From NCBI RefSeq assembly GCF_035084215.1, contig NC_090340.1:15128001-15192000 (forward strand): a DNA stretch of 64,000 bases, written 5' to 3'. The DNA comes from Heptranchias perlo (Eukaryota). Below, one piece after another: positions 25,862 through 39,059 of the stretch (positions within the stretch are counted from its first letter, which is position 1; each line of letters opens with the position of its first letter). The notes beneath the pieces were generated by a model. The model saw only the letters and a list, made by a program, of their open reading frames with translations, was not told the DNA's origin and ran no database searches. Both the position numbers and the translations under genes were made by a program.

Positions 25862-27412
25862 TCCTTCCTCCAGATAAAAGGTGTCACTATGGGAACCAAT
25901 ATGGGTCCCAGCTATGCCTAGCTTTTTGTGGGATATGTGGAACATTCCCTGTTCCAGTCCTACTAGGTCCCCTCCCTCATCGCTTCTTCCGGTGCATTGA
26001 TGACTGTATCAGTACAGTTTCCTGCTCTTGCCCCAAACTGGAAAACTTCATTAACTTTGCTTCGAATTTCCACCCTTCCCTCGCCTTCACATGATTCATC
26101 TCCGACTCTTCCCTTCCTCGACTTCTCTATCTCCATTTCTGGGGATAAGCTGTCAGCCATTATAAGCCCACCGACTCCCACAGCTACTTTGATTAAAATT
26201 CCTCCCACCCCGCTTCCTGTAAGGACTCTATTCCATTCTTCCAATTTATCCGTCTCCGTTGCATCTGTTCTAACAATAATACCTGCTGCACCAGTGCTTC
26301 TGATATGTCTTCCTTTTTCCTCAAGCGAACATTCCCCTCCACTGTAGTTGACAGGGCTTTCGACCGTGTCCATCCCATTTCCTGCATTTCTGACCGTACC
26401 CCTTCCCTTCCCTTCCAGAACCATGATAGAGAGTCCCTTGTCCTCACCTTCCAACCTACCTGACTCCACATTAAACGAATTACGCACTGCCATTTCCGCC
26501 ATCTCCAGTGCGATTTCACCACCAAATATACCTTCCCCTCCCCTCCCCTTCCAGCATTCCAAAGGGACTGCTCCTTCAGCGACACCCTAGTCTACTCTTC
26601 CATCACCCCCAACAACCGCTCTCCTCTCCAAGGCACCTTCCCGTGTGAGCACAGGAGATGCAACACCTGCCCCTTCACCTCCTCCCTTCCCACCGTCCAG
26701 GGCCCCCAACGCTCCTTCCAGGTGAAACAGCGGTTTACTTTTACTTCTTTCAAATTAGTATGCTGTATTCGCTGCTCACAATGCGGTCTCCTCTAATTCG
26801 GGGAGAACAAACACAGACTGGGCGATTGCTTTGCTGAGAACCTCCGCCCTGTCCACAAGCGTGACTCTGACTAGCCGGTCGCTTGCCATTTTAATTCCCC
26901 TTCTCGATCCTGCTCTGACATCTCTGTCCTCGGTCTCTTACATTGTTCCAATGAAACTCAACTTAAGCTTGAGGAACAGCACCTCATCTTTTGTTTCGAC
27001 ACTTTACAACCTTCCGAACTCAACATTGATTTCAATAACTCCAGACCATAACCAATGTTCCCTTTCTTTCGGTCAGCTAGTGCTGGTAATGGTTCTGCTG
27101 CTGCCATTTACAGCTATTCCTGAGCAATCTTTTGTCTCTTAACCTGTCCCATTACCATCTTCCTTGTCTTGCACCATCATCCCTTTTGTCATTTCAATAC
27201 TCGTGACCTCTAACCTATCACAGACCTTCCCTTTTGTACTTTCCTCCCCTCCCCTCCCTCCACCCCCCTTTCCCTGTCTCTGTACTTGCTCGAAAACGTT
27301 AACACTTTAAACATCCTCCAGTTCTGACAGTTCGACCTGGACCGTTAACTTTGTATCTTTCTCCACAGATGCTGCCTGACTTGCCGAGCTTCTCCAGCTT
27401 TTTCTGTTTTTA
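25862..27412 (+). mobile_element. Penelope-like retroelement (RT plus GIY-YIG endonuclease, pseudo-LTR), degraded
   Basis: FLQIKGVTMGTNMGPSYA*LFVGYVE, FFRCIDDC and LVCCIRCSQCGLL*FGENKHRLGDCFAE. Ends ctccacagatgctgcctgacttgccgag...ttctgttttta. Confidence 0.85.
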
Positions 27413-27679
27413 TTGTAAAATTGGTAGAGTTGGATGGCCTCCCCAACACACACGCACACATATAGGCATGCATGTATCTGCACGGATCAAGAGCCAGATG
27501 AGAAGCATGGTTCACTCTCACACATGAAGAATAACCACTTAGGTGAGATGCCAGGCTCGAAGAAATCGTGCCATATTCCCCATCTGGAATCACCGCTTTG
27601 AGGAGGTGGAAGATTTGGGTGGGGAAATGGGTGGACATAGCTGCTTTTCGGATGTTACTTACGGTTATTGTATTTAGGT

Positions 27680-28020
27680 TACATAGGAACACACGAATTA
27701 AGAGCAGGAGTAGGCCATTCGGTCCCTCTGGCCTGCTCTGCCATTTGATAAGATCATGGCTGATCCGATTGTGACCTCAACCCTACCTTCCGGTCGACCT
27801 ACAAAAACCTTTGACTCCCTTGTTAATCAGGAATCTATCTAATCCAGCCTTAAAAATATTCAATGACCCTGCCTTCATCGTTCTCGGGGAAGGGAGTTCC
27901 ACGGACTCAGTTCGCTCTGAAATGGGAGACCCCTTATTTTTACATTGTGCCCCCTAGTTCTAGTCTCTCCCAGGAGGGGAAACATCCTCTCAGCGTCTAC
28001 CCCTTCAAGTCCCCTCAGGG
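27680..28020 (-). mobile_element. CR1 3' end fragment
   Basis: gagcaggagtaggccattcgg...ataagatcatggctgatc tail motif. Confidence 0.7.
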
Positions 28021-28112
28021 GAGTAGATTACACTACACTTTAAGATGAACATTTATCGCAAGCTTATTCAATGGCTGTATTTACCACTGCGCCAAACAGC
28101 GTGTTTGACGAC

Positions 28113-28852
28113 TTTTTAAAAATTCTTTCATGGGATGAGGGCTTCGCTGGCGAGGCCTGCATTTATTGCCCATCTCTAATTGCCATTGAGAAGGTGGTGG
28201 TGATCCGCCTTCTTGAACCGCTGCAGTCCGTGTGGTGAAGGTTCTCCCACGGTGCTGTTGGGAAGGGAGCTCCAGGATTTTGACCCAGCGGCGATGAAGG
28301 AACGGCGATATATTTCCAAGTCGGGATGGTGTGTGACTTGGAAGGGAACGTACAGGTGGTGTTGTTCCCATGTACCTGCTGCTCTTGTCCTTCTAGGTGG
28401 TAGAGGTCGCGGGTTTGGGAGGTGCTGTCGAAGAAGCCTTGGCGAGTTGCTGCAATGCACCCTGTGGATGGTACACACTGCAGCCACTGTGCGCCGGTGG
28501 TGAAGGGAGTGAATGATTAGGGTGGTGGATGGGGTGCCAATCAAGCGGGCTGCTTTGTCCTGGATGGTGTCGAGCTTCTTGAGTGTTGTTGGAGCTACAC
28601 TCATCCAGGCAAGTGGAGAGTATTCCATCACACTCCTGACTTGTGCCTTGTAGATGGTGGAAAGGCTTTGGGGAGTCAGGAGGTTAGTCATTCGCCGCAG
28701 AATACCCAGCCTCTGACCTGCTCTTTTAGCCACAGTATTTATATGGCTGGTCCAGTTCAGTTTCTGGTTATTGGTGACCCCCAGAATGTTGATGGTGATG
28801 GATTCGGCGATGGTAATGCCGTTGAATGTCAAGGGGAGGTGGTTGGACTCTC
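28113..28852 (-). mobile_element. Second LINE family (CR1/L2-group RT), young 5'-truncated copy
   Basis: Uninterrupted ORF 28176..28832 (ILGVT..KLNWTSHI...YKAQVRSVMEYSPLAW). 3' end gggcaataaatgcaggcctcgccagcgaagccc. Confidence 0.85.
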
Positions 28853-29119
28853 TGTATCTGTTTGAGAATTGATTAGATCACTCCCTGGTTGCTTCCTGTT
28901 TAAATTAGCACCGAATCTCTCACTGATTGGTTTGGGTCTCATATTCCCTACCTTCATGTGGCATTTAAAATTAACTGAAATATTTAATATTCTGACTTAA
29001 TTAATATTGAAAACTTCTCAACTTGAAATCGAGTAGTTGAGAAAGTCTACAAACGCAGACAACTGAATCGATTTTGCAACGTTACTGGGTGCCCGTCGAC
29101 AGGTTCCCTTCTGTAAACC

Positions 29120-29480
29120 AAAAGAAAGAATTTTATATGGCGCCTTATCATTTCCTCAGGACATCCCAAAGCGCGTGGCAACCAAATAGTTACTTTTTTC
29201 AGTGCAGTCATTGTTCTTACCTTGGCAAACGGACAGAAAATTTGTGCTCAAGGACACACAAACAGCAAATTAGGTGAATGATCACTTTGATCCGTTAATT
29301 CATTTTAAGGCCTGATTGTTGCAAGTAGAATGTTCGCCAGGTCACCGGGAGAACTCAGTTCTTATTCCAAATAGCACAGTGCGATATTTTACATGCAGCC
29401 AAATCACCAGACCAGGGAGACAGAGTTTAAGTTTAATGCCTCTTCCGGAAGTGTCGAATAGGATAATGCTGCACTCCTTC
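29120..29480 (-). mobile_element. SINE (same family as 39060-39505)
   Basis: tttatatggcgcctt...aggacatcccaaagcgc...caccgggagaactc...aatagcacagtg. Confidence 0.6.
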
Positions 29481-29799
29481 AGTACTAACATGCTGGCTGT
29501 GGAAAGAGGCAGAAATGAAACCGGCATGGATTGATAATCTAATTCAACTACTGAAGACTTCTTATACATGATGGAATGGGCGATAGTAGACACACTACTG
29601 AGTGTGGAAGGCTAGAGCTTGAGAATTGCGCCACTTATGACATATAAATAGATATATGATATATATGTGTAATTAATCATTTACTTTACAAAAAAATTAA
29701 AGTATGCTCGTTCACATATACACCAGTAAGCTGTCGCCATGTGATGAAACTGGATGAAAATGGGAAATGATTAAAATTGAATTATCTTATAATGAACAG

Positions 29800-31175
29800 T
29801 AAGTTTTTTTTTATTTCATTCTTGGGATGTCGGCGGTGCTGGCAAGGCCGGCATTTATTGCCCATCCCTAGTTCGCCGTGATAAGGTGATGGTGGGCATT
29901 CCTCTCGTACCGCTGCAGTCTGCAGAGAAGGTACTCCTACGGTGCTGTTAGGCAGGGAGATCCCTGCGAAGATGAAGGCACAACATATATGTCCAAATAG
30001 GGATTTTGTGTGACTTGGAAGGAAACTTGGAGGTGGTGGTGTTCCCATGCACCTGTTGCCATTGTTCTTCTAGATGTAGGAGGTTGCGGTTTTGGAGGTG
30101 CTGACAAAGAAGCCTTGGTGACTTTCTGCAGTGCATCCTGTGGATAATATACACTGCAGCCACATTTACGCCAGTGGTGGGGGGAGTGCATGGGGGAAAA
30201 GGTGCTGATCAAGTGAACTGCTTTATCCTGGAGAGTGTCCAGATTCTTCACTGTAGTTCCAGTAGCACCCATCCAGGCAAGTGGACCGTATTCCATCGCA
30301 TTCCTGACTTGTGCCTTGTAGGTGGTGGAGATTTTTTGGGGAGTCAAGATGTGAGCCACTAAACGCAGAATACCCATCCTCTGAACTGTTTTAACAGCCA
30401 AGGCATTTATGTGGCTGTTCCAATTGAGTTTTTGGTCAATGGTGACTCTCAGTATGTTGATGGTGAGGGATTCGATGATGGTACTGCAATGGGATGTCAT
30501 GAGATGGTTTTTAGGCTCTCTCTTGTTGGAGATGGTGATTTCCCGGCACATATGTGGGGCGAATGTTACTTGACACTTGTCAACCCAAGTCTGGATGTTG
30601 TTGAGGTCTTGCTGCTTTCGAGCATGAATTGCTTCATTTTATGAGGAATTGCGAATGGAGCAGAATACTGTGCAATCATCATTGAGCAGCACCATTTCTG
30701 AACTTATGATAGATGGAAGGTCATTAATGAAGCAGCTGAAAATAGTTGGGCCTGGGTCACTGCCCTGAGTAACTCCTGCAGCGATATTCTGGGCTCCAAT
30801 AACCATAATCACCTTCCCTTTTGTCAGATATGATTCCAGGCACTGGAGAGCTTTCTCCCTGATTCCCATTGACTTCAGTTTTACTCGGGTTCCTTGCTGC
30901 TTTGATGTCAAGGGCAATCTCTCTCACACTACCTCTGGAATTCAGCGCTTGTGTCCATGTTTGCACTAAGGACATAATTACTCTGGAGCCGAGTGGTCCT
31001 GCACAACACAAACTGAATATCAGTGAGTAGGTTATTGGTAAGTAAATACCACTCAAAGCAGTGAAGCCGAGTCCTTCCATCACTTTGCTGATGATTAAGA
31101 ATAGGTTGATAGGGCAGTAATTGGCCCGTTTGGATTTGCCCTGTTTTTTGTGGACAGGACATACCTGGGCAAATT
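29800..31175 (-). mobile_element. Second LINE family, older copy
   Basis: AQVCPVHKKQGKS..ANYCPINL, GVTQGSDPGPTIFSCFINDLP and YKAQVRNAMEY. A further 3'-end-only copy lies at ~31250-31357. Confidence 0.85.
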
Positions 31176-32039
31176 TTATCTTTTCCAAATCAGCCATGTT
31201 TGAGTGCAATTAACAATTGTGCCAAATTAGTTTCCTGTTGCGGGTCTTTTTTATTGCTCGTTCATGGGATATGGGCGTCGCTGGCAAGGCCAGCATTTAT
31301 TGCCCATCCCTAATTGCCCTGGAGAAGATGGTGATGAGACACCTTCTTGAACCGCTCCTCGAAGTTCAATGGAATCTGGGTTGAGACTTCAATTATTTTT
31401 CGTAGTGAGGGAAGAAGAGAGTTTATTAGATCCAGTCTGCGTTGGGGAATGCAAACTGTTGCTAAAGTGTGACTGGAGAGTTTGCTGTTACATTGACGGA
31501 AATGGAAAATAAAATTGGGCGGAGAGCACCCGCTGTGCCTATGTCCCCAGACGAATTGGTTTCGTGTGGTACCTATTTTATTTCTGAGAAGATATTAAAA
31601 GAAAAACTGTGAATGCTGGACTTCTGAAATAAAACAAACAATGCTGGAAATGATCGGCGGTTTTCAGCATCTAAAAATTTTTTAAAAATCATTTGAGGTG
31701 GGACCCTTCGTCAGATGGTTTACGAAGTCAGTACTTCGGGTCTGAACACAGCAGAAAATGGCCAAATGGCTGTGCGTTCAGCAGGGTTTCCCGCTTAAAA
31801 TAGTAAAAAGTGAATGCCTGGTCATTATTAATAAGATCATTCTTACCCTCATTGTTATGGAAGAGTTTATATGTTTTCAAAAACTGGCATTTAATCAGCC
31901 ATTAAATTGATCATCATTTTCTTCATTGGGGAACGGAACTAAATTATTAAAGAGCGTTTATTGATTCGCGATAATTAACTCAAAAAACAGGTTCACCAAA
32001 AATATAATACCTCACAATATACATTAAAATACAGCAGAG

Positions 32040-32490
32040 CTACATTAGGCAAATTTGCAAATGATAACAAACTTTATGGAGCGTGCAAGAGAAGTAGCAT
32101 AAAGTGAATTCGACAAAATATGAATGCTAGCAGAAAAATCGTAGATGAAATATAATGCAAACAACTGCGCACAATAAGGCACTTAGTTAATGGATGGTGT
32201 TGAAATTGCTAAGGATGAGACTAAAGAAGACCTCCGAATGTGGCAATACTAATGCTGAACATGCCTAAACAATGCAGAGCACCAATTAACAATCCAACAG
32301 AATGTCGAACTATATAGCCAAAACAATGACTATCAGTCAGAGGAGGGCATGACCAAGCTGCTTTGCGCTCTCAACAGCCCACACATTGGGCATTGGGTCT
32401 ATTTCTGGTCACAGAAATAAGGGAGACATTCAATCACTGGAGACAGTGCAGAGAAGAACCTCCAACCTAATTCATAGTGTAAAATGTCTG
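32040..32490 (+). mobile_element. Very old CR1-like RT fragment, apparently continuing at ~36380-36552
   Basis: GKFANDNKLYG and DIQSLETVQRRT. It is split by the minus-strand CR1. Confidence 0.55.
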
Positions 32491-32494
32491 CGTT

Positions 32495-35400
32495 TACAAA
32501 GAATTACATTGAATGTACAGCACAGAAACAGGCCATTCGGCCCACCAGGCCCGTGCCGGTGTTTATGCTCAACACGAGCCTCCTCCCACACGTCTTCATC
32601 TAACCCCATCAACATAGCCTTCTATTCCTTCCTCTCCTATGCGTTTATCCAGCATCCCCTTAAATGCATCCATGCTAGTCGCCTCAACTATTCCTTGTGG
32701 TGGTGAGTTGCACATTTTAACCACTCTCTGGATAAATAAATTTCTCCTGAATTTCCTTTGTAGTTTTCAGTGACTATCTTATATTAATGGCCCCTAAATT
32801 CGGTCTGCCCTGCAAGTGGAAACATCGTTTTAATGTCTACCCTGTTAAAACATGTCATAATCTTAAAGACATCTTTCAGGTCAACCCTCAGTCTTCTCTT
32901 TTCTACAAAAAAAAGTGCACCAGCCTGTTCAATCTTTCCTGATAGGTATAACCTCTCAGTTCTGGTAGCATCCTAGTAAATCTTTTTTGCACCTTCTACA
33001 GTGCCTCTGCATCCATTTCTAATATGGAGACCAGAACTGTTCACAATCATCCAAGTGTGGTCTAATCAAGGTTCTATACAAGTTTAACATAACTTCCCTG
33101 CTTTTCAACTCTATTCCTCTAGAAATGAAATCTGGCACTTTGTTCACTTTTTTTATGGCCTTGCTAACCTGCATCGGCACTTTTAGTGATGTGTGTACCT
33201 GTACCTACAGATGCCGCTGCACCTGTGCCCCATTTAGACTTATTTTCCAAGGAACATGTAGTCTCCTTATTCTTCCTACCAAAATGTACAATCTCACACT
33301 TACATATATTGAAATTCATTTGGCAATTACACACCGATTCAGAAAGTTTATTAATATCTTGATGAATTTTGTCACAGTCCTCAATATTAACTATACCCCC
33401 CAATTTGGTTTCATTGGCAAATTCTGAAATCGTACTGCCAGTTCTTGAGTCTAAGTCATTTATGAAAATGGTGAACAACAGTGATCCCAGCACTGATCCT
33501 TATGGAACACCACTTCCCAACTTTTGCAAGTCTGAATAACTAACTTTAAACCCTACACTCTGTTTTCTTTTATGTAGCCATCTTGCTATCCATTCGGCAA
33601 CTTGTCCCCGACTCTACATAGTTTGAACTTAGTCATGAGTCCACAATGTGGTACCTTATCAAAGGTCTTTTAAAAATCCAAATACTTTACATCTACTAAA
33701 TTACCCTGGATAACCCTTTCTGTTACTTCTTCAAAGAATTCAATAATATTGATTAAACATGACCTTCCCTTTTGAAATCCCGTGCTGAATATTCTTTATT
33801 ATATTTTCAGTTTTTGGATGTTTTTCTATTACATATTTGAGTAAGGATTCCATTATCTTTCCTACCACTGACGTTACGCTAACTGGCCTATAGTTCCCTG
33901 GATTGTTCTATCTCCGGTTTTAAATATCGGAATCATGTTAGCTGCCCACCAGTCTTCTGGCATTATTCCTTTTTCTAATGATTATATATATATATATATG
34001 TGTGTAATAGCGCCTCCGCTGTCTCTTCCTTAACTTCGTTTAACAGGCACGGATGCAATTCCAGGGTTTAACCACGGGATAAACCAAGGATTTAACCTCT
34101 CTAAGCTTGATTAGTTGATCAATTATCTGCCCCTTTCCATCTTAAATGTCTTTACATCTGTTTTGATCTCTTCTTCTAATGTTATGCCCATTATGCTAGT
34201 CTCCCTGGTAAATACTGAGGCAAAGTAATTATTTAATATTTGTGCTATTTTGCTGTCATTACGTGAGTTTATCGTGTGTATCCCTCAGTGGTCCTCTCCC
34301 TATCCTGATTTTCTTTCGTTATTTATGTTTCTGCAGAATACTTTACTGTTTCTTTTTAGGTTCCTTGATAATCTGATTTCCTAGTTTCTCTTTGCCTTCC
34401 TAATTGTTTTTTTTAACTTCTTACATAACCTTTTCTTGATCTCTTTTGTCATCCTCTCCTTTGTTGTCTATGTACTTAGTGTATGCCTTTCCCTTTAGTT
34501 TCAATTTTACACTTATTTCTTTATTCATCCATGATGTTTCATTATTGGCTAGTTTGTTCTGGATTTTAGTTGGATATATTTCTCCTGGACATTATTGATC
34601 GCGCTTTCAATGTTTCCCACTGCTGTTCTATTTCTTTATTTGTCAGTGAAATTTTGGAGTTATTTTTCCCTCGTTCCATTCTCATCCCTGTTAAAATTAA
34701 CTTTTTTCCAATTCATTGCTTTGGTCTTTGTCTTACTTATGTCCTTCTCAATCTTTATCTTAAAACTTATTATGTTGTGATCACGATTGCCGAGATGTTC
34801 CCCTATGCTGACTTCTCTTATCTGTTCTGGTTCACTTCCCATTATTGGATCCAACAGTGCTTTGTCTCTTGTTGTAAGAAAGCATTCCTGCGCGTATTGT
34901 AAAAACTCAATTCCCTGCACCCCTTTACCTACCTCTGTTTGCCAGTTTATTTGGGGGAAGTTAAAATCTCTCACGATTATTATTCTATGTCTTTTACTCA
35001 TTTCACATATTTGCTGACATGTTTCTTCCTCCACCTCCTTTCCACCATTAGGTGGTCTATAGTATACCCATGTTAGCACGATCAATCCCTTCTCATCATT
35101 TATTTCGAACGATATGGATTATGTTTTTATCCTTCTCTTATTTATGTCCCTTTTCTTTAACTGCTATTAAATCACATGTAATCAGTGCAGCTGCTCCATC
35201 TACCTTTCTTCCTTCCCTTTCCTTTCTGATGATGTTATAACCTGTAACATTTCGTTGCCAGTCCTGTTCTTTGTGTAGCCATGTTTTAGTTATTCTTACT
35301 ACACCTGGTTCCTCACTAGGATTTATTGCCTCCAATTCCCCAGTTTATTTTAGACGCTGTGTACATTGCTGTATTTTACTTTATTTTTAACAGTCCATTT

Positions 35401-36250
35401 ATACTTCAGTTTTAGAACTGTATTTATTCCTTGACCGTTTATGTTATCTTTACTCCTTACCCTGGTCTGACATTTACACTGATCTCCTCTTTTTTTATCG
35501 TTAGGCTTTCGTTATTGCTACCAGATTCCACCCCCCGCCCCCCCCCCCCCCCCGCCATCTTGCTAATTTAAAGCCTTAATAACCGCCCTATTTATCCTTT
35601 CCACTGGCCCTCTGATCTCACTCCAGTCCTTCCTGTCCCAGTACTGGTGCCAGTGTCCCATGAAATGGAACCCCCATTCCCACACCGCTCTTTCAGCCAT
35701 ACTTTTACCTTTCTGATCTGCCTATCCATATGCCAATTATTACGTGGTTCAGGTAGCAATCCTGAGATTACTACCCGTAAGATCCTGCTTTTTAATTTAG
35801 TTCCATGCTTCTGATATTCCTTTCGCAGGACCTCATCCTTGATCTGCGTTATGTCATTTTTGACGACATGGACCACGACGACTGATCCTCCCTTTCCCTT
35901 TCCAAGTTCCTTCCAGTTGCTCGGAGATGTGCTTTACCTTTGCACCAGTTAGGCAACACACCCTCCTGGACTCTTGTTCATGACTGCAGAGCAAATCATC
36001 TATCCCCCGCCTTATTGAATCCCCTCTGAATTCAACATTTCCGTTCTGCTCCACCCCGCCCCCGCCCCCCCGCCCCCACACCAATCTTCTTGGACTGCCT
36101 CATGCTCTACAGTGCCACGGTTAGCATTCTGGGCATCCTCCCTGCAGCCTTAATCCTGATCCTCACAGGTATCAAGTACCTCGTAGATAGGACTCGTATC
36201 TCTGACACCTCCTTCTCTACCTCTCCTAGGTCTCCACTGCCCTGCTGACT
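32495..36250 (-). mobile_element. Near full-length degraded CR1 LINE (AT-rich subfamily)
   Basis: ORF1 remnants (GDSIRRGID, VVISGLLPEP), APE (YYRPPN, DFNFPQINW) and RT (FINDLD..FANETKLGG). Confidence 0.9.
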
Positions 36251-36503
36251 AACAGTCATACACTCCCCTTCTTGCACCTATGCTTTCCTCTGAGCTGTGA
36301 CTATTCTGGAGAAAATTATTTAGATATTCGTCCCCCTCCCTTACGTGTCAGAGTGTGTCTAACTCGCAGTCCAGCCAAAGTTAGATGTAAAGATTGGAGG
36401 AACTTGGGATTTTCAGCGTGGACAAGGCACCTGAGGGATGATCTTGCAGAGATGTATGATAGTTAAAGATATGAGAACGGTAGATCGGGAAAATTGCTTT
36501 AAA

Positions 36504-37229
36504 TTAAATTGCAGAGTTTATCAAAGGGCCACAGGTAAACTTAAAACTGGTATCATACTATCATAGCAGATACAACACATGAGGAGGCCATTCGGCCCAT
36601 CGTGCCTGTACCGATTCTTTGAAAGAGCTTTCCAATTAGTCCCATTCCCCTGCTCTTTCCCCATAGCCCTGTAAATCTTTTGCCTTAAAGTATTAATCCA
36701 ATTCCATTTTGGATGTTACATTTGAATCTGCTTCCAACATCCTTTCATGTCGTGCATTCCAGATCATTACAACTCGCTGCGTTAAAAAAATGTTTCCTCA
36801 TGTCGCCTCTAGCTCTTATGCCGATCACCTTGAGCCTGCGCCCTTTGGTTACCCAACCTTCTTCCACTGAAAACAATTTCTGCTTGTTTACTTTGTCAAA
36901 ACTGTTCATGGTTTTGAACACCTCGATCAAATCTCCTCTTAACCTTTTCTGTTCTAAAGAGAACAATCCCAGCTTCTCCAGCCTCTCCACATAACTGAAG
37001 TCCCTCATCCCTGGCACCATTCTAGTAAATCTCTTCTACAACCTCTCTCAGGCCTTGACATCCTTAAATTGCAGAGTTTATCAAAGGGCCACAGGTAAAC
37101 TTAAAACTGGTATCATACTATCATAGCAGATACAACACATGAGGAGGCCATTCGGCCCATCGTGCCTGTACCGATTCTTTGAAAGAGCTTTCCAATTAGT
37201 CCCATTCCCCTGCTCTTTCCCCATAGCCC
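36504..37229 (+). repeat. Exact 166-bp direct duplication (36504-36669 = 37064-37229)
   Basis: Identical text from ttaaattgcagag to ccccatagccc at an offset of 560. Confidence 0.95.
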
Positions 37230-37290
37230 AGAATTGAACACAACACTCCAGCTGAGGCATAATCAGTGTTTAATAGAAGTTTAGCATAAA
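36553..37290 (-). mobile_element. CR1 3' fragment carrying an internal templated insertion
   Basis: ORF 36745..37020 MVPGMRDFSYVERLEKLGLFSLE. Tail atcatactatcatag. Confidence 0.85.
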
Positions 37291-38037
37291 AGATGAGGAC
37301 ACCATTACAAGAATAGTGGCCAATTCTTGCAATGAACATCCGATAGCGTAGTGGAGATGTAATCGCCTTGGAATCACGTAAGGACCAACTGGATGCCGTA
37401 ATGGGGTGAAAATCGGGTCTTTCAGGGATGGAAAGGTCACTTTCGTCCGTAGTTACCTTGTGAACATCTGTTATGAAGATAGAATCGCCAGGTACCTATC
37501 ATGGTCAAGCGCATTTCAAGTGTATCACAGAAACAAGATGTTAATGGGCCTCCAACACATCTTGCATTTATAATTCTATCAAGGGAACTTACTCTTTAAG
37601 TCACTGCTATCGACAGTGTGTAAATCTAAGACATATGAAAGGTTCACACACTCAAAACCACTTGACACGCATTCCAAAGTATGTCAGCTGGTAACATTCA
37701 TCCATCAAGAAACGTATCATCCCGCAGAAAGTATTAACATGAAGATTCAGCTGCAACCCTTGTCCCCTTCTTATTACTTATACGACTGTTTGAAAGCATT
37801 TACGTAGAATGCATTAAGTTCATCTTATATACAACATCCAACTAGCAGTTATCTTTGTATAATCTAATGTTACAGGAAGAGTGTGCAACGAAATACAACG
37901 GGAACTGTATGCAAACGAGTGCTCCATGAACCCCTGATCCGTCTGGATTGTGGCTCCATCATCTCGTTGCTTGCGTCCGTACCTTTCTGTTTTTCTTTTC
38001 CAGCTGTATCTGGACATACCTTACACTTTCCCAAAGG

Positions 38038-38099
38038 CTAAGGATATGTTCTCGTGGAATTATGAGCAGCAGAGGCAGAGATTGCCAACCGTCCTTTAC
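38038..38099 (-). CDS. Gene B candidate terminal exon: GKGRLAISASAAHNSTRTYP* (short tail, no ITIM)
   Basis: Acceptor ttttatttttaattgtcag|GTAAAG. Phase 1 matches the TM exon, and the start resembles cag|GTAAAC of the paralogous cytoplasmic exons. An alternative acceptor at 39553 would end the protein at SSIEG*. Confidence 0.5.
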
Positions 38100-38206
38100 C
38101 TGACAATTAAAAATAAAATTCAGAACTGTGTTTTTAAACAATGTAACTACTTTGATAATTTATTCTATTTTTCATCGACATGCGATGCCCACCTGTGCAT
38201 GTCAGC

Positions 38207-38364
38207 ATCAATATGATTAGACTCATAGGCACACTCACCATTGCACCAATTTCATTAGACTCAGAGATACATTCACCACTGTATCAATATCATTAAACTC
38301 AGAGGAATACTCACCACTTTATCAATATCATTAGAATCACAGCCACACTCCCACTGCATCAATA
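38207..38364 (+). repeat. Minisatellite, about 4.2 copies of a 38-bp unit
   Basis: Unit approximately atcaatatcattagactcagaggcacactcaccactgc. Confidence 0.85.
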
Positions 38365-39059
38365 GCAAACTATTATTCCATTAGAGGAACGTTCTTCAAT
38401 TATATCCTCTCATTGTAATTCGACAATAATTATAAAAGTAATCTTACAATAAATCAGTGTTGGACTAAGACAAACTTTCCCCAGTGCTAAATAAATATGC
38501 CAACATCTCAGGATTTCAAAAATATTAGGATGCAAGACTTACATTTTTCAACTCACACGCGCCCCCAACCCACCCGTTCTTGGGGGTTAAAATTACCCAC
38601 CATGGTCTCAGTTCCAGTCGCAGTTGAAACGCTAAAACTGGCCTGGGCGTCCAGGGAGAGGAAGAGGGCAATTAGCATGAATTCCTGCTTCTGACCGTTA
38701 TCCAGAAGCCACTGCGGAAACATTCCAGTCTCATGAGGACTGAATTGGGCTGGACGATGAGGTGCCCGTCCACATTAATTCTCTCGACCCACACGTGAAC
38801 ATTGGCCACGTTAGGGGAAGGTATGGAGGGCTGTGAAGGCTGTGGACATCCCTTGAGAAGGGAACAAAAGAGGAGAAACTCGCGAAGCAACCACACTAAA
38901 GCAGCTCACTCTGAGAGGCATGCATAGCGGATTAAACAACAGTCCTAGAACACTGACACCGCAGTTTTTACAGATGTTAATGCAATATTAACAAAATCAC
39001 TCGGAAAGTGGCGCCTGCGATAGGAATCCTTCAACCCTACATAGAAACCTTGGAAGATA

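Noticed and set aside
25963-26585. 199-aa and 130-aa minus-strand ORFs
   Set aside because: They are antisense frames of the pyrimidine-rich Penelope-like element.
37985-38060. Strong plus-strand acceptor ctttctgtttttcttttccag suggesting another exon
   Set aside because: No recognisable protein or partner exons were found on the plus strand. It lies in the presumed 3'UTR of minus-strand gene B.
38207-38364. CRISPR-like array
   Set aside because: These are contiguous diverged tandem units with no unique spacers, in vertebrate DNA.
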